Made by a program: the position numbers and the translations under genes | Shown: positions 1-8,581 of the stretch, in pieces | Layout: every line of letters starts with the position of its first letter | How positions within the stretch are numbered: position 1 is the stretch's first letter | Assembly: GCA_963747235.1 (NCBI GenBank) | Contig: CAVVEU010000018.1 | Span: 1 to 26,748 of the forward strand | Direction: 5' to 3' | Source: an uncultured Candidatus Rokubacteria bacterium | Lineage (GTDB): Bacteria > Methylomirabilota > Methylomirabilia > Rokubacteriales > CSP1-6 | Length of the DNA stretch: 26,748 nt | Notes under the pieces: generated by a model | Told to the model about the DNA's origin: nothing | Databases searched by the model: none | The model's input: only the letters and a program-made list of their open reading frames with translations

Positions 1-260
1 ACCACGACCAAGCACAGGGTCAGCAACCACAACGCGGCATTGGCCGCGGCAGCGACCGCGATCCCGGCCGTGGAGGCCGGCGCGGAGCGAAACGGCCCGC
101 CCAGGGCCAGCCACCAGACGGCCACGCCGGGCTCCACGAACCTGGACAGCGGGTTCCTGAACGCCGACGGCATGGCCGTGACCGAGCCGAGCAAGGCCAG
201 CGCCGACGCGCTGGCGATTACCAGGGCCACCGCGGCCGCGAGCCATCGCCGAGGGGTCAG
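1..260 (-). CDS. Hypothetical membrane protein, partial (runs off the window edge; start codon uncertain)
   Basis: Manual translation of the minus frame from 260: LTPRRWLAAAVALVIASASALALLGSV...VAVWWLALGG...AAANAALWLLTLCLVV. It is open to position 1, has hydrophobic segments and is co-oriented with its neighbours. No ATG is seen, only CTG. Confidence 0.45.
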   Translation of the reverse strand, partial: MTPRRWLAAAVALVIASASALALLGSVTAMPSAFRNPLSRFVEPGVAVWWLALGGPFRSAPASTAGIAVAAAANAALWLLTLCLVV

Positions 261-282
261 AGCGCGCTCGCGGCTGATCTGT

Positions 283-714
283 CTAGCGCTTGGGCTGGGG
301 CGCAGCCCACGGCTTGCCCGTGGTCGCCGCCTGGAAGGACCGGCCGATCGGGCCGGCCTTCGGATTCGCGCCGAAGCGGTTCGCTCCGGCCGCGCTGTCC
401 TGCGCGAGAAAGACGAGCAGAATGATCGCGCCCACCACGGGGACGAACGCGATGAGGAGCCACCACCCGGTCCGGCCGGTATCGTGAAGCCGGCGGACGG
501 TCACGGAGAACGAGGGGATCAGGAGCGCCAGCGCCAGGATGCCGGTGAACATGCCGATGCTGTAGGTGCGGTCGAACGTTCCGGCCATCACGTCCACGAT
601 GGCGGCCACTCCGTAGAAGATCAGGTAGAACAGCCCGAAGTACCAGTACTCGCCGCGACGCGAGCGCCCGGAGAAGACGGCGTAGTTCCTGAGAGCGGTC
701 ATGAACCAGTTCAT
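283..714 (-). CDS. DUF805 (YhaH/YhaI-like) inner membrane protein
   Basis: MNWFMTALRNYAVFSGRSRRGEYW...SVTVRRLHDTGRTGWW...GANRFGANPK matches typical DUF805 motifs. GGAGG SD precedes the ATG at 714. Confidence 0.9.
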   Translation of the reverse strand: MNWFMTALRNYAVFSGRSRRGEYWYFGLFYLIFYGVAAIVDVMAGTFDRTYSIGMFTGILALALLIPSFSVTVRRLHDTGRTGWWLLIAFVPVVGAIILLVFLAQDSAAGANRFGANPKAGPIGRSFQAATTGKPWAAPQPKR

Positions 715-914
715 GTGCCCCTCCTGGTCGTGGTGGTGGCCCGAGTGGATGTGGCGGGAGCGGACTCCGGGGACGCGTGGTGGCGCATGGTCCCGTGGGG
801 TATTCCCAGTCTTGCACGGGCCCGAATTTCCCCGGACGGGGGATTGTGGGAGCGGGCGGGAGCCTCTTCCCAGACCACCCGCCTCAGCGGCCGGCCGGGA
901 GCCCGAGCAGGAGG

Positions 915-1442
915 CTAGACGCCGAGGTCGCGGTAGTAGAACGTCGTGCGGCAGAGCCCGCCCTGCGGTAGCAGGGCGTAGCCCGGGATCACCCCCACCG
1001 GCACCCAGCCCTGCCGCTCGTACAGGCGCTCGGCGTCCTCGCTGGCGGTGTCGAGCACCAGGAGCGTCTTGCCGCAGTCGCGCGCGGTCTCCTCGGCGGC
1101 CCGCATGAGCGCCGCGCCCAGGCCCTGGCGGCGCGCGCGGCGATGCACCAGCATCTTCGACAGGTCGGCGCGGTGCGGCTGGTTCTCGGGCTGGTCGAGC
1201 ACGAGCTGCACGGTGCCGCACACGCCGCGCGCGTCCTCGGCCACCAGCAGCGCGCGCTCGCCGGCGGCCACGTCCTGCGCCACCCGGCGCCAGAACGCCA
1301 CCGCGCGGTCGCGGCTCAGCGGGAGCATGAAGCTCACCGACGCCCCGCCCTCGACGCAGTCGATCAGCACATCGGCGAGCTCCTCGATCTGCCGGTCATC
1401 AACCGTGTGCAGGCGTCGCGGCGACCCGGTGGGTGTCATCAT
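915..1442 (-). CDS. GNAT family N-acetyltransferase (Ttr-like)
   Basis: LIDCVEGGASVSFM, HRADLSKMLVHRRARRQGLG (acetyl-CoA motif A) and LLVLDT. The start overlaps the stop of the upstream regulator. Confidence 0.9.
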   Translation of the reverse strand: MMTPTGSPRRLHTVDDRQIEELADVLIDCVEGGASVSFMLPLSRDRAVAFWRRVAQDVAAGERALLVAEDARGVCGTVQLVLDQPENQPHRADLSKMLVHRRARRQGLGAALMRAAEETARDCGKTLLVLDTASEDAERLYERQGWVPVGVIPGYALLPQGGLCRTTFYYRDLGV

Positions 1443-2041
1443 CGTCTCGCGGGAGTGTCGGACGCGATCACCACCGCGTAGCGCGCGGGCTTTCGCGTCG
1501 GGTTGTGGAACATCGTCGGGCGATCGAGCTGCATGGCCAGGCAATCGCCTTCGCGGAGCCGGTGGCGCTCCCCTCCGAGGGTGATGTCGATCGCGCCCTC
1601 GAGCACCCACACCTGCTGGTGCACGAGCCGGTCGCGGGCGCCGGTCTCGAACGCCACGCGCCCGCCGGGCGGGAACCCTACCTCGACGATCTGCATGGGC
1701 TGCGGCACGCCCGGCGGGGAGACGTTGCGCCGCCGGTATCCCGAGGCAGGATCCTGCCACTCCGGCTGGTCTGCACGCCGGGCCACCGGGCCGCTGGGCG
1801 CCGGAGTCGCGGCGGCCGGCGCATCGAATAGCGAGGCCAGCATCACGCCCAAGCCCGCGGCGAGCTTCTCCAGCACCACCGCGGTGGGGCTGCTCTCCCC
1901 ACGCTCGATGAGCGAGATCATCGAGCGGCTGACACCGCTCCGGCCGGCCAGGGCATCCAGCGAGAGGCCTTGCGCCGCGCGCAGGTCGCGTACCCGCTCG
2001 GCGATGCGCTGGTTCAGGTCGGATGCGAGTGATTCCTCCAT
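1439..2041 (-). CDS. XRE-family HTH transcriptional regulator with C-terminal cupin domain
   Basis: LSLDALAGRSGVSRSMISLIERGESSPT HTH plus cupin QQVWVLEGAIDITLGGERHRLREGDCL. Start placed at ATG 2041 from promoter geometry; 2062 is the alternative. Confidence 0.9.
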   Translation of the reverse strand: MEESLASDLNQRIAERVRDLRAAQGLSLDALAGRSGVSRSMISLIERGESSPTAVVLEKLAAGLGVMLASLFDAPAAATPAPSGPVARRADQPEWQDPASGYRRRNVSPPGVPQPMQIVEVGFPPGGRVAFETGARDRLVHQQVWVLEGAIDITLGGERHRLREGDCLAMQLDRPTMFHNPTRKPARYAVVIASDTPARR

Positions 2042-2079
2042 GATGGACACACTATCCATCATGCTGGATGGGTCGTCAA
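2039..2079 (-). promoter_or_regulatory. Putative sigma70 promoter with overlapping inverted-repeat operator for the XRE-GNAT pair
   Basis: Minus strand TTGACG-17nt-GATAGT. Perfect inverted repeat CATGATGGA-N7-TCCATCATG at 2039-2063. Confidence 0.6.
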
Positions 2080-2089
2080 GGCCCTCCGG

Positions 2090-2908
2090 CTACCGCTCGA
2101 TGGTGACCACGTGCGCCTGCATCTTGCCGTCCACGGCACCGCGACCGAACCGCCGGCCGATCGCGTCCGCGGCGGCCTCGGTCGCTTCCTCGAGCCGGGA
2201 CGCGTCCCGCGCCTCGATCTCGCTCCGCAGCGGCGTCCCCTGGCAGAAGGCAATCGCCGGATCCCGGTGTGATTTGGCCCGGCTCCGCGCGGCCACGGTG
2301 ACGATCTCGGGGGGCGCGACGAAGCCGCCGCCGGCGAGATCATGCGCGATCCTCGCCGGCGCGTGATAGCCGTGGGGCGTCCGCGCGAGGAAGCGCGGTG
2401 GATCCTCGGGAAACAGCGGGGCGAGGGCCGCGGTCACCGTCTCCGCGAACTCGTTCTCCTCGATGCGATCCCACACATTGAAGATCAGCGCGCCCTCCGG
2501 ACGCAGCACGCGATGCGCCTCCGACAGCGCCTTGGCCTTGTCGGGAAAGAACATGACCCCGAACTGGCACACCACCGCGTCGAACGCGCCGTCCGGGAAG
2601 GGCAGCTGCATCGCGTCCGCCTGACGCCATTCCACGGGCCGCCGGGTCCCGAGCGCGGCCGCTTGATCGAGCATCGGCTGGTTGAGATCGGTGGCCACGA
2701 TCGAGACACGCTCCGGCAGCGCCGAGGCCAGCGCGCGCGTCACCACCCCGGTGCCGGCGGCCACCTCCAGCACGCGGCCGGGAGACCGCGCCGCGAGCCG
2801 GCTCACCAGGTCCACCGCGTACGGCTCGAAGAGCAACGGGACGAGGTACGCCTCGTAGAACTTCGGGATCGACCCCGCGAAGACCTTGTCCGGACCGGGA
2901 CTGCTCAT
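2090..2908 (-). CDS. Class I SAM-dependent methyltransferase (UbiE/COQ5-like fold)
   Basis: VLEVAAGTG motif I, ADAMQLPFPDGAFDAVVCQFGVMFFPD, RVLRPEG. Confidence 0.9.
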   Translation of the reverse strand: MSSPGPDKVFAGSIPKFYEAYLVPLLFEPYAVDLVSRLAARSPGRVLEVAAGTGVVTRALASALPERVSIVATDLNQPMLDQAAALGTRRPVEWRQADAMQLPFPDGAFDAVVCQFGVMFFPDKAKALSEAHRVLRPEGALIFNVWDRIEENEFAETVTAALAPLFPEDPPRFLARTPHGYHAPARIAHDLAGGGFVAPPEIVTVAARSRAKSHRDPAIAFCQGTPLRSEIEARDASRLEEATEAAADAIGRRFGRGAVDGKMQAHVVTIER

Positions 2909-2929
2909 GGTGTCGCCTCACGAAGCCGC

Positions 2930-3174
2930 TTAGTGCCAGTCATGCTTGCCCCATCGGCATTCCGCCTCGCCGCGCTCGAGCATCGCGTCGAGCTGCGGAT
3001 CATCGCCATGCTCCTGATCCTTCGTATCCGCTCCTCGGGCTGCGACGATCCATAGGCTCGCCCCTTCCTCCGACCCAGGAAGACCGCCGCGACACTGCTC
3101 TCGAGCCTCGTGAACAGATGCTGGTGGTATCGCATGATCATATACGCGATCGCAATGTCGTCGTCGTATTCCAT
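2930..3174 (-). pseudogene. Probable frameshifted relic of a hypothetical protein
   Basis: An ATG frame (MEYDDDIAIAYMIMRYHQHLFTRLE...) and a second frame ending ...DDPQLDAMLERGEAECRWGKHDWH* each look protein-like and together fill the gap. Confidence 0.4.
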
Positions 3175-3176
3175 TC

Positions 3177-3995
3177 CTATCGCGATGTTCCCGCGCGCGC
3201 CTCGACGACCACCGCATTCGCCGGCCCTCTCCATGGGTCGGCCCCGCCCACTCTCGCGAGAGCCGCGGCCACCTTCTCGATCACATCCTCCAGCGAGGCG
3301 CCCCGCTTCTCGAGCAATAGCGAACGCGGGCTTCCCCGGATCTGTCCCATCGCGATCCGCCGGGCGCTGATCCCGTCAACCTGGATCCGCCGCCTCTCGA
3401 TTCGCTCTTCCCGGAACCCCGCCTCATGGAGCAACTGCCGTAGCGACCTCGGATCGTGCATCTCGTACGGCGTTCTGAACCGCACCTCCGAGTCCCCGGG
3501 GAAGAGCCCCTCGACGACCTCGGCGTTGATGACCGCGGCCGGGTTGTCCTCGATGCGGTCCCAGACATTGAACAGGAAGGTGCCGCCATCCTTCAGCACC
3601 CGCCGCGCCTCCCTGAATGCCGCCCGCTTGTCCGGGACGAACATCAAGCCGAACGCGCACACCACCGCGCGGAACTCGCCCGCCTCGAATGGCAGGTGGC
3701 CCGCGTCCGCCTCGCGCCACTCGATACCCGGGCAATCGCTCAGCTTCTTGCTCGCGTACTCCAGCATCGCCCGGCTGACGTCGCTGGCGACCAGCCGGCG
3801 GGCGCTCTCGATGCGCTCCCGCAGGCGGCGGGTCACGAGACCGGTTCCGCACGCGATCTCGAGCACGTCACCCGCCACGCAATCAGGCAATCGCCCCACC
3901 AGATCCGCGCCGAACGCGTCGAACCATGCCCGCCCCAGGCAGCTATCGTAGTATTCCGGAATCGTTCCGCCATAGTCCGCCCGGGTATCCACCAT
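3177..3995 (-). CDS. Class I SAM-dependent methyltransferase, paralogue of 2090-2908
   Basis: YGGTIPEYYD, VLEIACGTG, ADAGHLPF, VVCAFGLMFVPD, FNVWDRIEDN. Start taken at ATG 3995. Confidence 0.9.
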   Translation of the reverse strand: MVDTRADYGGTIPEYYDSCLGRAWFDAFGADLVGRLPDCVAGDVLEIACGTGLVTRRLRERIESARRLVASDVSRAMLEYASKKLSDCPGIEWREADAGHLPFEAGEFRAVVCAFGLMFVPDKRAAFREARRVLKDGGTFLFNVWDRIEDNPAAVINAEVVEGLFPGDSEVRFRTPYEMHDPRSLRQLLHEAGFREERIERRRIQVDGISARRIAMGQIRGSPRSLLLEKRGASLEDVIEKVAAALARVGGADPWRGPANAVVVEARAGTSR

Positions 3996-4006
3996 GGCCC
4001 GACGCT

Positions 4007-4147
4007 TCAGTCCTGAACCGTGAACGAGTCCATGATGGTGTCGACGTGAGGCGCGGCGGCGGTCCACAAATCCAGATACGTCTCCGCATCGAGCCCGAGC
4101 CGTCCGAATCCGCGGATCTCGCGCCCCACATTCTTCTCCTCGCTCAT
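4007..4147 (-). CDS. Small hypothetical ORF (46 aa) or gene remnant
   Basis: Manual translation MSEEKNVGREIRGFGRLGLDAETYLDLWTAAAPHVDTIMDSFTVQD*. It fills the gap between co-oriented genes and is below the ORF-track cutoff. Confidence 0.35.
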   Translation of the reverse strand: MSEEKNVGREIRGFGRLGLDAETYLDLWTAAAPHVDTIMDSFTVQD

Positions 4148-4152
4148 CAGGC

Positions 4153-5226
4153 TTACTGAACGAGGTGGTCGGCCCGCCGCAGCAGGGCGGGCGGAATCGT
4201 GAGGCCGAGCGCCCCGGCGGTCTTCAGGTTGATCGCCAGCTCGAACTTGGTCGGCGGCTCCACGGGAAGGTCTGCGGGGCTCGCCCCGGCGAGGATCCGG
4301 TGGACGTAGGTGGCGGCACGGCGATACAGATCGCGACGGTCGGTGCCGTACGACATGAGCCCTCCGGCGTCCACGAACTCCCGGAGCCCATAGATGGCCG
4401 GCAGCCGGCTCATCGCCGCGAACTCCAAGACCCGAGCCCGGTACGTGAACGTCAGCTGGTCTTCCACCGCGATGAGCGCGTCGATCTGGCCGAGGAGTGC
4501 GGTCTCGAACAGCTGCTCGAACGGCTCAAATCTCTGCCCCTCGAGCCGCTTGAGCTGTACTCCCATGGCCCGGGCCATCACCTCCGTGTCTCTCACGATC
4601 AGCGGAGCGTAGAGGTCACCGGGATTCCAGAGGAGGCCGATCCGCGATGCTCCCGGCACCGCCTCCCGGAGGAGCTGCATCCGCCTGCCCCCCAGCTCGG
4701 GCGGGGCCATGATGTGCAGCCCGGTGACATTCCCTCCCGGTCGGGCCAGGCTGGCCACGATGCCCTCGAGAACGGGGTCGCCACTCGACGCCATCACGAT
4801 CGGAATCGTCCGGGTGATCTGCCTGGCGGTCAGCGTCGCCGGTGTTCCCCTGGTCACGATCACGTCCACCTTGAGGCGGACCAGGTCGTTTGCGAGATCC
4901 GAGAACCGCTCCGGGCGGCCATTCGCCGAGCGGTACTCGATCACCACGTTCTGCCCCTCGACGTATCCGAGCTCGGCCAGACCCCGGCGGAAAGCGCCGA
5001 GGTTCGCGGTGTTCGCCGCCTCATCCGCGATCTCGAGCACACCGATTCGGTACAGCTTCCCCGCCTGCTGCGCTTCGATGGCGAGCGGCGCCGCGAACAT
5101 GAGCATCGCCGCGACACAATGCATCGTGATAAAGGTCGGGCGAACATTCATGATCGCGGCGACGGTACCGCGCCGAGCTGGCGAAGGGCCGACAGATGGG
5201 ACAGCATCCCGCACCATCGTCATCAA
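4153..5226 (-). CDS. ABC transporter substrate-binding protein (ABC_sub_bind-type); true start probably further downstream
   Basis: AQQAGKLYRIGVL, LGYVEGQNVVIEYR, IPIVMA, SLARPGGNVTG, AGGLMSYG, DLPVEPPTKFELAINLKTAGALGLTIP. Confidence 0.9.
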   Translation of the reverse strand: MMTMVRDAVPSVGPSPARRGTVAAIMNVRPTFITMHCVAAMLMFAAPLAIEAQQAGKLYRIGVLEIADEAANTANLGAFRRGLAELGYVEGQNVVIEYRSANGRPERFSDLANDLVRLKVDVIVTRGTPATLTARQITRTIPIVMASSGDPVLEGIVASLARPGGNVTGLHIMAPPELGGRRMQLLREAVPGASRIGLLWNPGDLYAPLIVRDTEVMARAMGVQLKRLEGQRFEPFEQLFETALLGQIDALIAVEDQLTFTYRARVLEFAAMSRLPAIYGLREFVDAGGLMSYGTDRRDLYRRAATYVHRILAGASPADLPVEPPTKFELAINLKTAGALGLTIPPALLRRADHLVQ

Positions 5227-5720
5227 CCCCGCTCATGACGAATGACGTTGAACCTCTCGTCCGCCGCGGGCGCTTGGAAGTACGCGGTGACGGCGTCGAA
5301 CTCGGCCTCCGTGGTCCAGGCGGAGCCGGCGGGCACCCCTTGGCTTCTCTGCCTCAGCTGGCGCTTGCAGAGACCATCGGGCACGTCGATGAAATGCAGC
5401 TCGTGCTCGACGCTCGCGCCTTCGAAGAGCTCTCGAAACCACTGACGCTGCGCTCGGGTGTTGCCGGGAAAGTCCAGGACGACCGACACTCCGCTCGCCA
5501 GAAGATCCCGGATATGAAGCGACACGGCCGCTCTGAGTCGAGCAGAGCACTTGACGAAGTCTTGAATGGTTGAAATCTCCCCGGGATACAATGCATCGAG
5601 CAACTCGTCCTGCACGAGGAGGACGGCGTTCCTCGTCCGAGCCAACTCCCTCGCGTGCGTCGACTTCCCGGCGGCCATTTTCCCGCACATGAAGTATAGC
5701 CTAGCCCGATCCTCTCTCAT
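5223..5720 (-). CDS. P-loop NTPase / predicted kinase (AAA_33-like)
   Basis: Walker A CGKMAAGKST, then VSVVLDFPGNTRAQRQWFR. Confidence 0.85.
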   Translation of the reverse strand: MREDRARLYFMCGKMAAGKSTHARELARTRNAVLLVQDELLDALYPGEISTIQDFVKCSARLRAAVSLHIRDLLASGVSVVLDFPGNTRAQRQWFRELFEGASVEHELHFIDVPDGLCKRQLRQRSQGVPAGSAWTTEAEFDAVTAYFQAPAADERFNVIRHERG

Positions 5721-5760
5721 CTTGCCCCATCGCTCGCCACCCGAGCCCTCGATGAACCGA

Positions 5761-6174
5761 TCAGTGATGTGCCAGATCCAGGAACGGCGTGTCCGGATCA
5801 CTGACGTAGAAGATCATGACTCGCATGAGCTCGGTGCCGCGATTGTAGCCCGTCATCTTCACTTGCGGCGGCTCCACTATCGCTTGCCCTGCCTTGGCCG
5901 TGACCGGAGCGCGGCCCTCCATTTCCAACGTGAACGTCCCTTTCAGGACGTAGACGGTCACCGGGAATCGGTGGGTATGGAACGGCGTGGCCTCGCCAGG
6001 CTTGACGGCCGCCACGAGGACCCGCACCTCTTGCTTCTCTCCCCTGGGCATGCCCTGCACGATCTCGCGAAGGACCGGCGGCGGCGGACTTGCTGGACTC
6101 CGCTCTTGCGCCATCGAACCCGACGGAACGGCCGCAATCATCAGGGCAAGACCGATACCGATCCCACTACGCAT
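5761..6174 (-). CDS. Secreted cupin domain protein
   Basis: N-terminal signal-like segment, then TPFHTHRFPVTVYVLKGTFTLE cupin motif. Confidence 0.85.
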   Translation of the reverse strand: MRSGIGIGLALMIAAVPSGSMAQERSPASPPPPVLREIVQGMPRGEKQEVRVLVAAVKPGEATPFHTHRFPVTVYVLKGTFTLEMEGRAPVTAKAGQAIVEPPQVKMTGYNRGTELMRVMIFYVSDPDTPFLDLAHH

Positions 6175-6197
6175 CCCGTGTTCTCCTCTCGAAGTAC

Positions 6198-6668
6198 TCA
6201 GACTTTCACGTGCTCGATCCCGACGATGCGCGCAGACACGGAGCGTCCGGTGACCGTAAGCTCACCCACCGAGATGGGTAGCTTGAAGCGACGCGGACCG
6301 GCGCTGCCCGGGTTCACATACAGAATCCCATTCCTCCGCTCGACCAACGGCTTGTGCGAATGGCCTGACACGACGACCTGAACGCCTGCGGCATCGGGGT
6401 CCACGGCGAGCTGCGCGAGATCGTGGATCACATAGACGACGACTTCACCGATCTGGCAGCGCTCGGTCTCGCGGAGGCGCGACGCCCACGACCCGTGGTC
6501 GTTGTTGCCTCGCACTGCGGTAACCGGCGCGATGGCCGAGAGCGCCTCGAGGACGCCGCCATCGCAGATATCGCCGCCGTGAATGATGTGGTCGCTGCCC
6601 TCGAGAAACGCGACTGCCTCGGGACGCAGGAGCCCGTGGGTGTCCGAAATGAGGCCGACGCGAAGCAT
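6198..6668 (-). CDS. Metallophosphoesterase (YfcE/MJ0936 family)
   Basis: ISDTHG, HGGDI, VRGNND, SGHSHKP, NPGSAGPRRF. Confidence 0.92.
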   Translation of the reverse strand: MLRVGLISDTHGLLRPEAVAFLEGSDHIIHGGDICDGGVLEALSAIAPVTAVRGNNDHGSWASRLRETERCQIGEVVVYVIHDLAQLAVDPDAAGVQVVVSGHSHKPLVERRNGILYVNPGSAGPRRFKLPISVGELTVTGRSVSARIVGIEHVKV

Positions 6669-6682
6669 GGCCACGCTACCGC

Positions 6683-7057
6683 CTACTCCTCTCCTCGTGG
6701 TCCCTCGTCCGATTTGTTCGGTGACGTCCAGCCTCGCTTCCTTTGCCACATTGATAGGGTGGACATCTGCGAGCGCCCGAATAATCCCCACCGATTTATG
6801 CTGATGCTCTTGGAACGAAGATCAATGCGGACGATGGATGCGGGTTCCCTTCTGAACATGTATGCGCCACCGCATATGTTCCCCATGCCGATAATGACCA
6901 CGAGAATGGACTGCCACCCCGAGCTGAGCGCGGTCAGGCCCATGACAACTGCTACACCACCCCCTAACACAAAGAAGGAGTAGAACAACCAGAACACCGC
7001 CGGACCACACTCAGCGGCCAGGCCCAAGGGAGGCGTGTTGCCTCGCACCGCCATCAT
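6683..7057 (-). CDS. Hypothetical membrane protein (lower GC; possibly degraded)
   Basis: Two hydrophobic segments (VFWLFYSFFVLGGGVAVVMG; ILVVIIGMGNICGGAYMF) in a co-oriented ORF. Confidence 0.5.
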   Translation of the reverse strand: MMAVRGNTPPLGLAAECGPAVFWLFYSFFVLGGGVAVVMGLTALSSGWQSILVVIIGMGNICGGAYMFRREPASIVRIDLRSKSISINRWGLFGRSQMSTLSMWQRKRGWTSPNKSDEGPRGEE

Positions 7058-7090
7058 CCGGGTAACCGAGCGAAGGCTCGGGCCGGCGAG

Positions 7091-7531
7091 CTACGGCCGA
7101 CCGAACTCGACCTCACGGATCCTCGCTTCTCCGTTCTCTGACACGACGATGACGATGACGGCCTCGCTGTACGCCTCCCCCCCGATGCTGACATACGCCC
7201 AGCCAACGTCGGAGGGCTGCTTTCCCGGCCAGCTTGTCATGGTCTGGCCTATCTCGATCGGTCCAATGGCACCCCAGTCCCTGGGAACGATTGCCTCGAA
7301 TCCGGTCCTGAGCTCATCGACCGTGCGGTCCTGGCGGTATCCGTGAGACATCATTGCATAGGCCTTCGGATACTCGCGCGCGGCCAGGGATCTGGCGAAC
7401 TCCAGAGCGACCTGTCCGTGCTCACGTGTGCCTCCGGACGACGTCGTTGGCTCCTCCCTTGAACAGCCCATACCGAGGATGGCAGCCACGATGAGGGTGA
7501 CCGAGACGGATGAGAGAGCTCTCCTGGTCAC
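7091..7531 (-). CDS. Hypothetical lipoprotein
   Basis: Lipobox-like ILGMGC after a hydrophobic stretch. GTG 7531 chosen as the start; the ORF is open to 7639. Confidence 0.65.
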   Translation of the reverse strand: MTRRALSSVSVTLIVAAILGMGCSREEPTTSSGGTREHGQVALEFARSLAAREYPKAYAMMSHGYRQDRTVDELRTGFEAIVPRDWGAIGPIEIGQTMTSWPGKQPSDVGWAYVSIGGEAYSEAVIVIVVSENGEARIREVEFGRP

Positions 7532-7681
7532 CTTCGCGGGAAGCGAAGGGTCAGGTTGCGGGCTCACGCGAGCCTGCCCCCCGAGCGCAGCCTTCGCCGC
7601 GCGCAGGAACTCGACCAAGCCGGGCGGGCAGTCAGCCATCGCTTGGCCCCCTACTCGTCGAGCCCCGCCGGCGACATGACC

Positions 7682-8437
7682 CTACCTCCGAGGAATGGAG
7701 CGACGGAGCCAGTCCGCAAAACGAGTCGGACCGAGACGTGGATTGTCGCCAGGCGTCAGGCTCTTGTCGTTCACGGCTATGCCGAAATAGAGCGCCTTGG
7801 GATCGGTGACTACCGTGCGTGCGTCCCCGGTTGCGCTCAGGAATTGCCGCACGAGCTCGTCTTGGCGGATCGGTTCGGGACCGGCCAGATCGACCGTGCC
7901 GTTCAATGGCTCCGCGAGGGCGACTTCGGCCATGACGGCGGCGACGTCATCCGACACAATGGGCTGCATCAGAGCCGGTGGAAGCCGAACCGTCCGCCCT
8001 TCAGCCGCCGATTCGGCGATGCGGCCCACGAACTCGAAGAACTGGGTGGCGCGGACGATCGTGTAAGGAATGGGGGAGGCCTTGATCAGATTCTCCTGCG
8101 CCATCTTCGCGCGGAAATAGCCGCTCGCGAGCAGGCGGTCGGTGCCGACGACCGACAACGCCACGTGATGGCCGACGCCCGCGGCGGCTTCCGCGGCCAG
8201 GAGGTTGCGACCCGACGTCTCGAAGAACTCCAGGACGGCCTTGTCCTCCCAGGAGGGTGCATTCGCGACATCGACGACCACCTGAGCGCCGGCAAGCGCG
8301 GCCGCCAGTCCCTCTCGGGTTATGGTGTTAACGCCCGACGAGGGTGACGCGGGCACCACCTCATGGCCACGCTGACGAAGGTTGTTCACGAGTTTCTTCC
8401 CGATGAGTCCGGTGCCGCCAACTATCACGATTTTTAT
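7682..8437 (-). CDS. NmrA-like/SDR NAD(P)-binding oxidoreductase; expected start codon reads ATA
   Basis: (I)KIVIVGGTGLIG Rossmann motif, GYFRAKMAQE, IVRATQFFEF. GAGGAG SD precedes ATA at 8437-8435; in-frame GTG at 8428. Confidence 0.88.
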   Translation of the reverse strand: MKIVIVGGTGLIGKKLVNNLRQRGHEVVPASPSSGVNTITREGLAAALAGAQVVVDVANAPSWEDKAVLEFFETSGRNLLAAEAAAGVGHHVALSVVGTDRLLASGYFRAKMAQENLIKASPIPYTIVRATQFFEFVGRIAESAAEGRTVRLPPALMQPIVSDDVAAVMAEVALAEPLNGTVDLAGPEPIRQDELVRQFLSATGDARTVVTDPKALYFGIAVNDKSLTPGDNPRLGPTRFADWLRRSIPRR

Positions 8438-8580
8438 TTTCTTCTCCTCAGTCTTGGCCCGTCAGGTGCATTGAGGGGACTGTTGAGGGCGACCGCCTGG
8501 CGAACGAGCGCCTTGAAGGCGGACTCGTCAACTTCTTCTCCTTCGTGGATGTCGATCGCGCGGTGCACGTTTCCTCTCGA
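8434..8580 (-). pseudogene. 3' remnant of a DUF1801 (YdhG-like) gene
   Basis: GNVHRAIDIHEGEEVDESAFKALVRQAVALN resembles the C-terminus of DUF1801 proteins. The N-terminal part is absent. Confidence 0.7.
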
Positions 8581-8581
8581 C

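Noticed and set aside
715-914. 200-bp gap between GNAT and DUF805 as a possible attC or ncRNA
   Set aside because: No RYYYAAC/GTTRRRY pair and no convincing structure seen.
7060-7090. Hairpin ccgagc-gaag-gctcgg between two distal genes
   Set aside because: Could be an attC apex remnant, but no R boxes are present; too weak to call.
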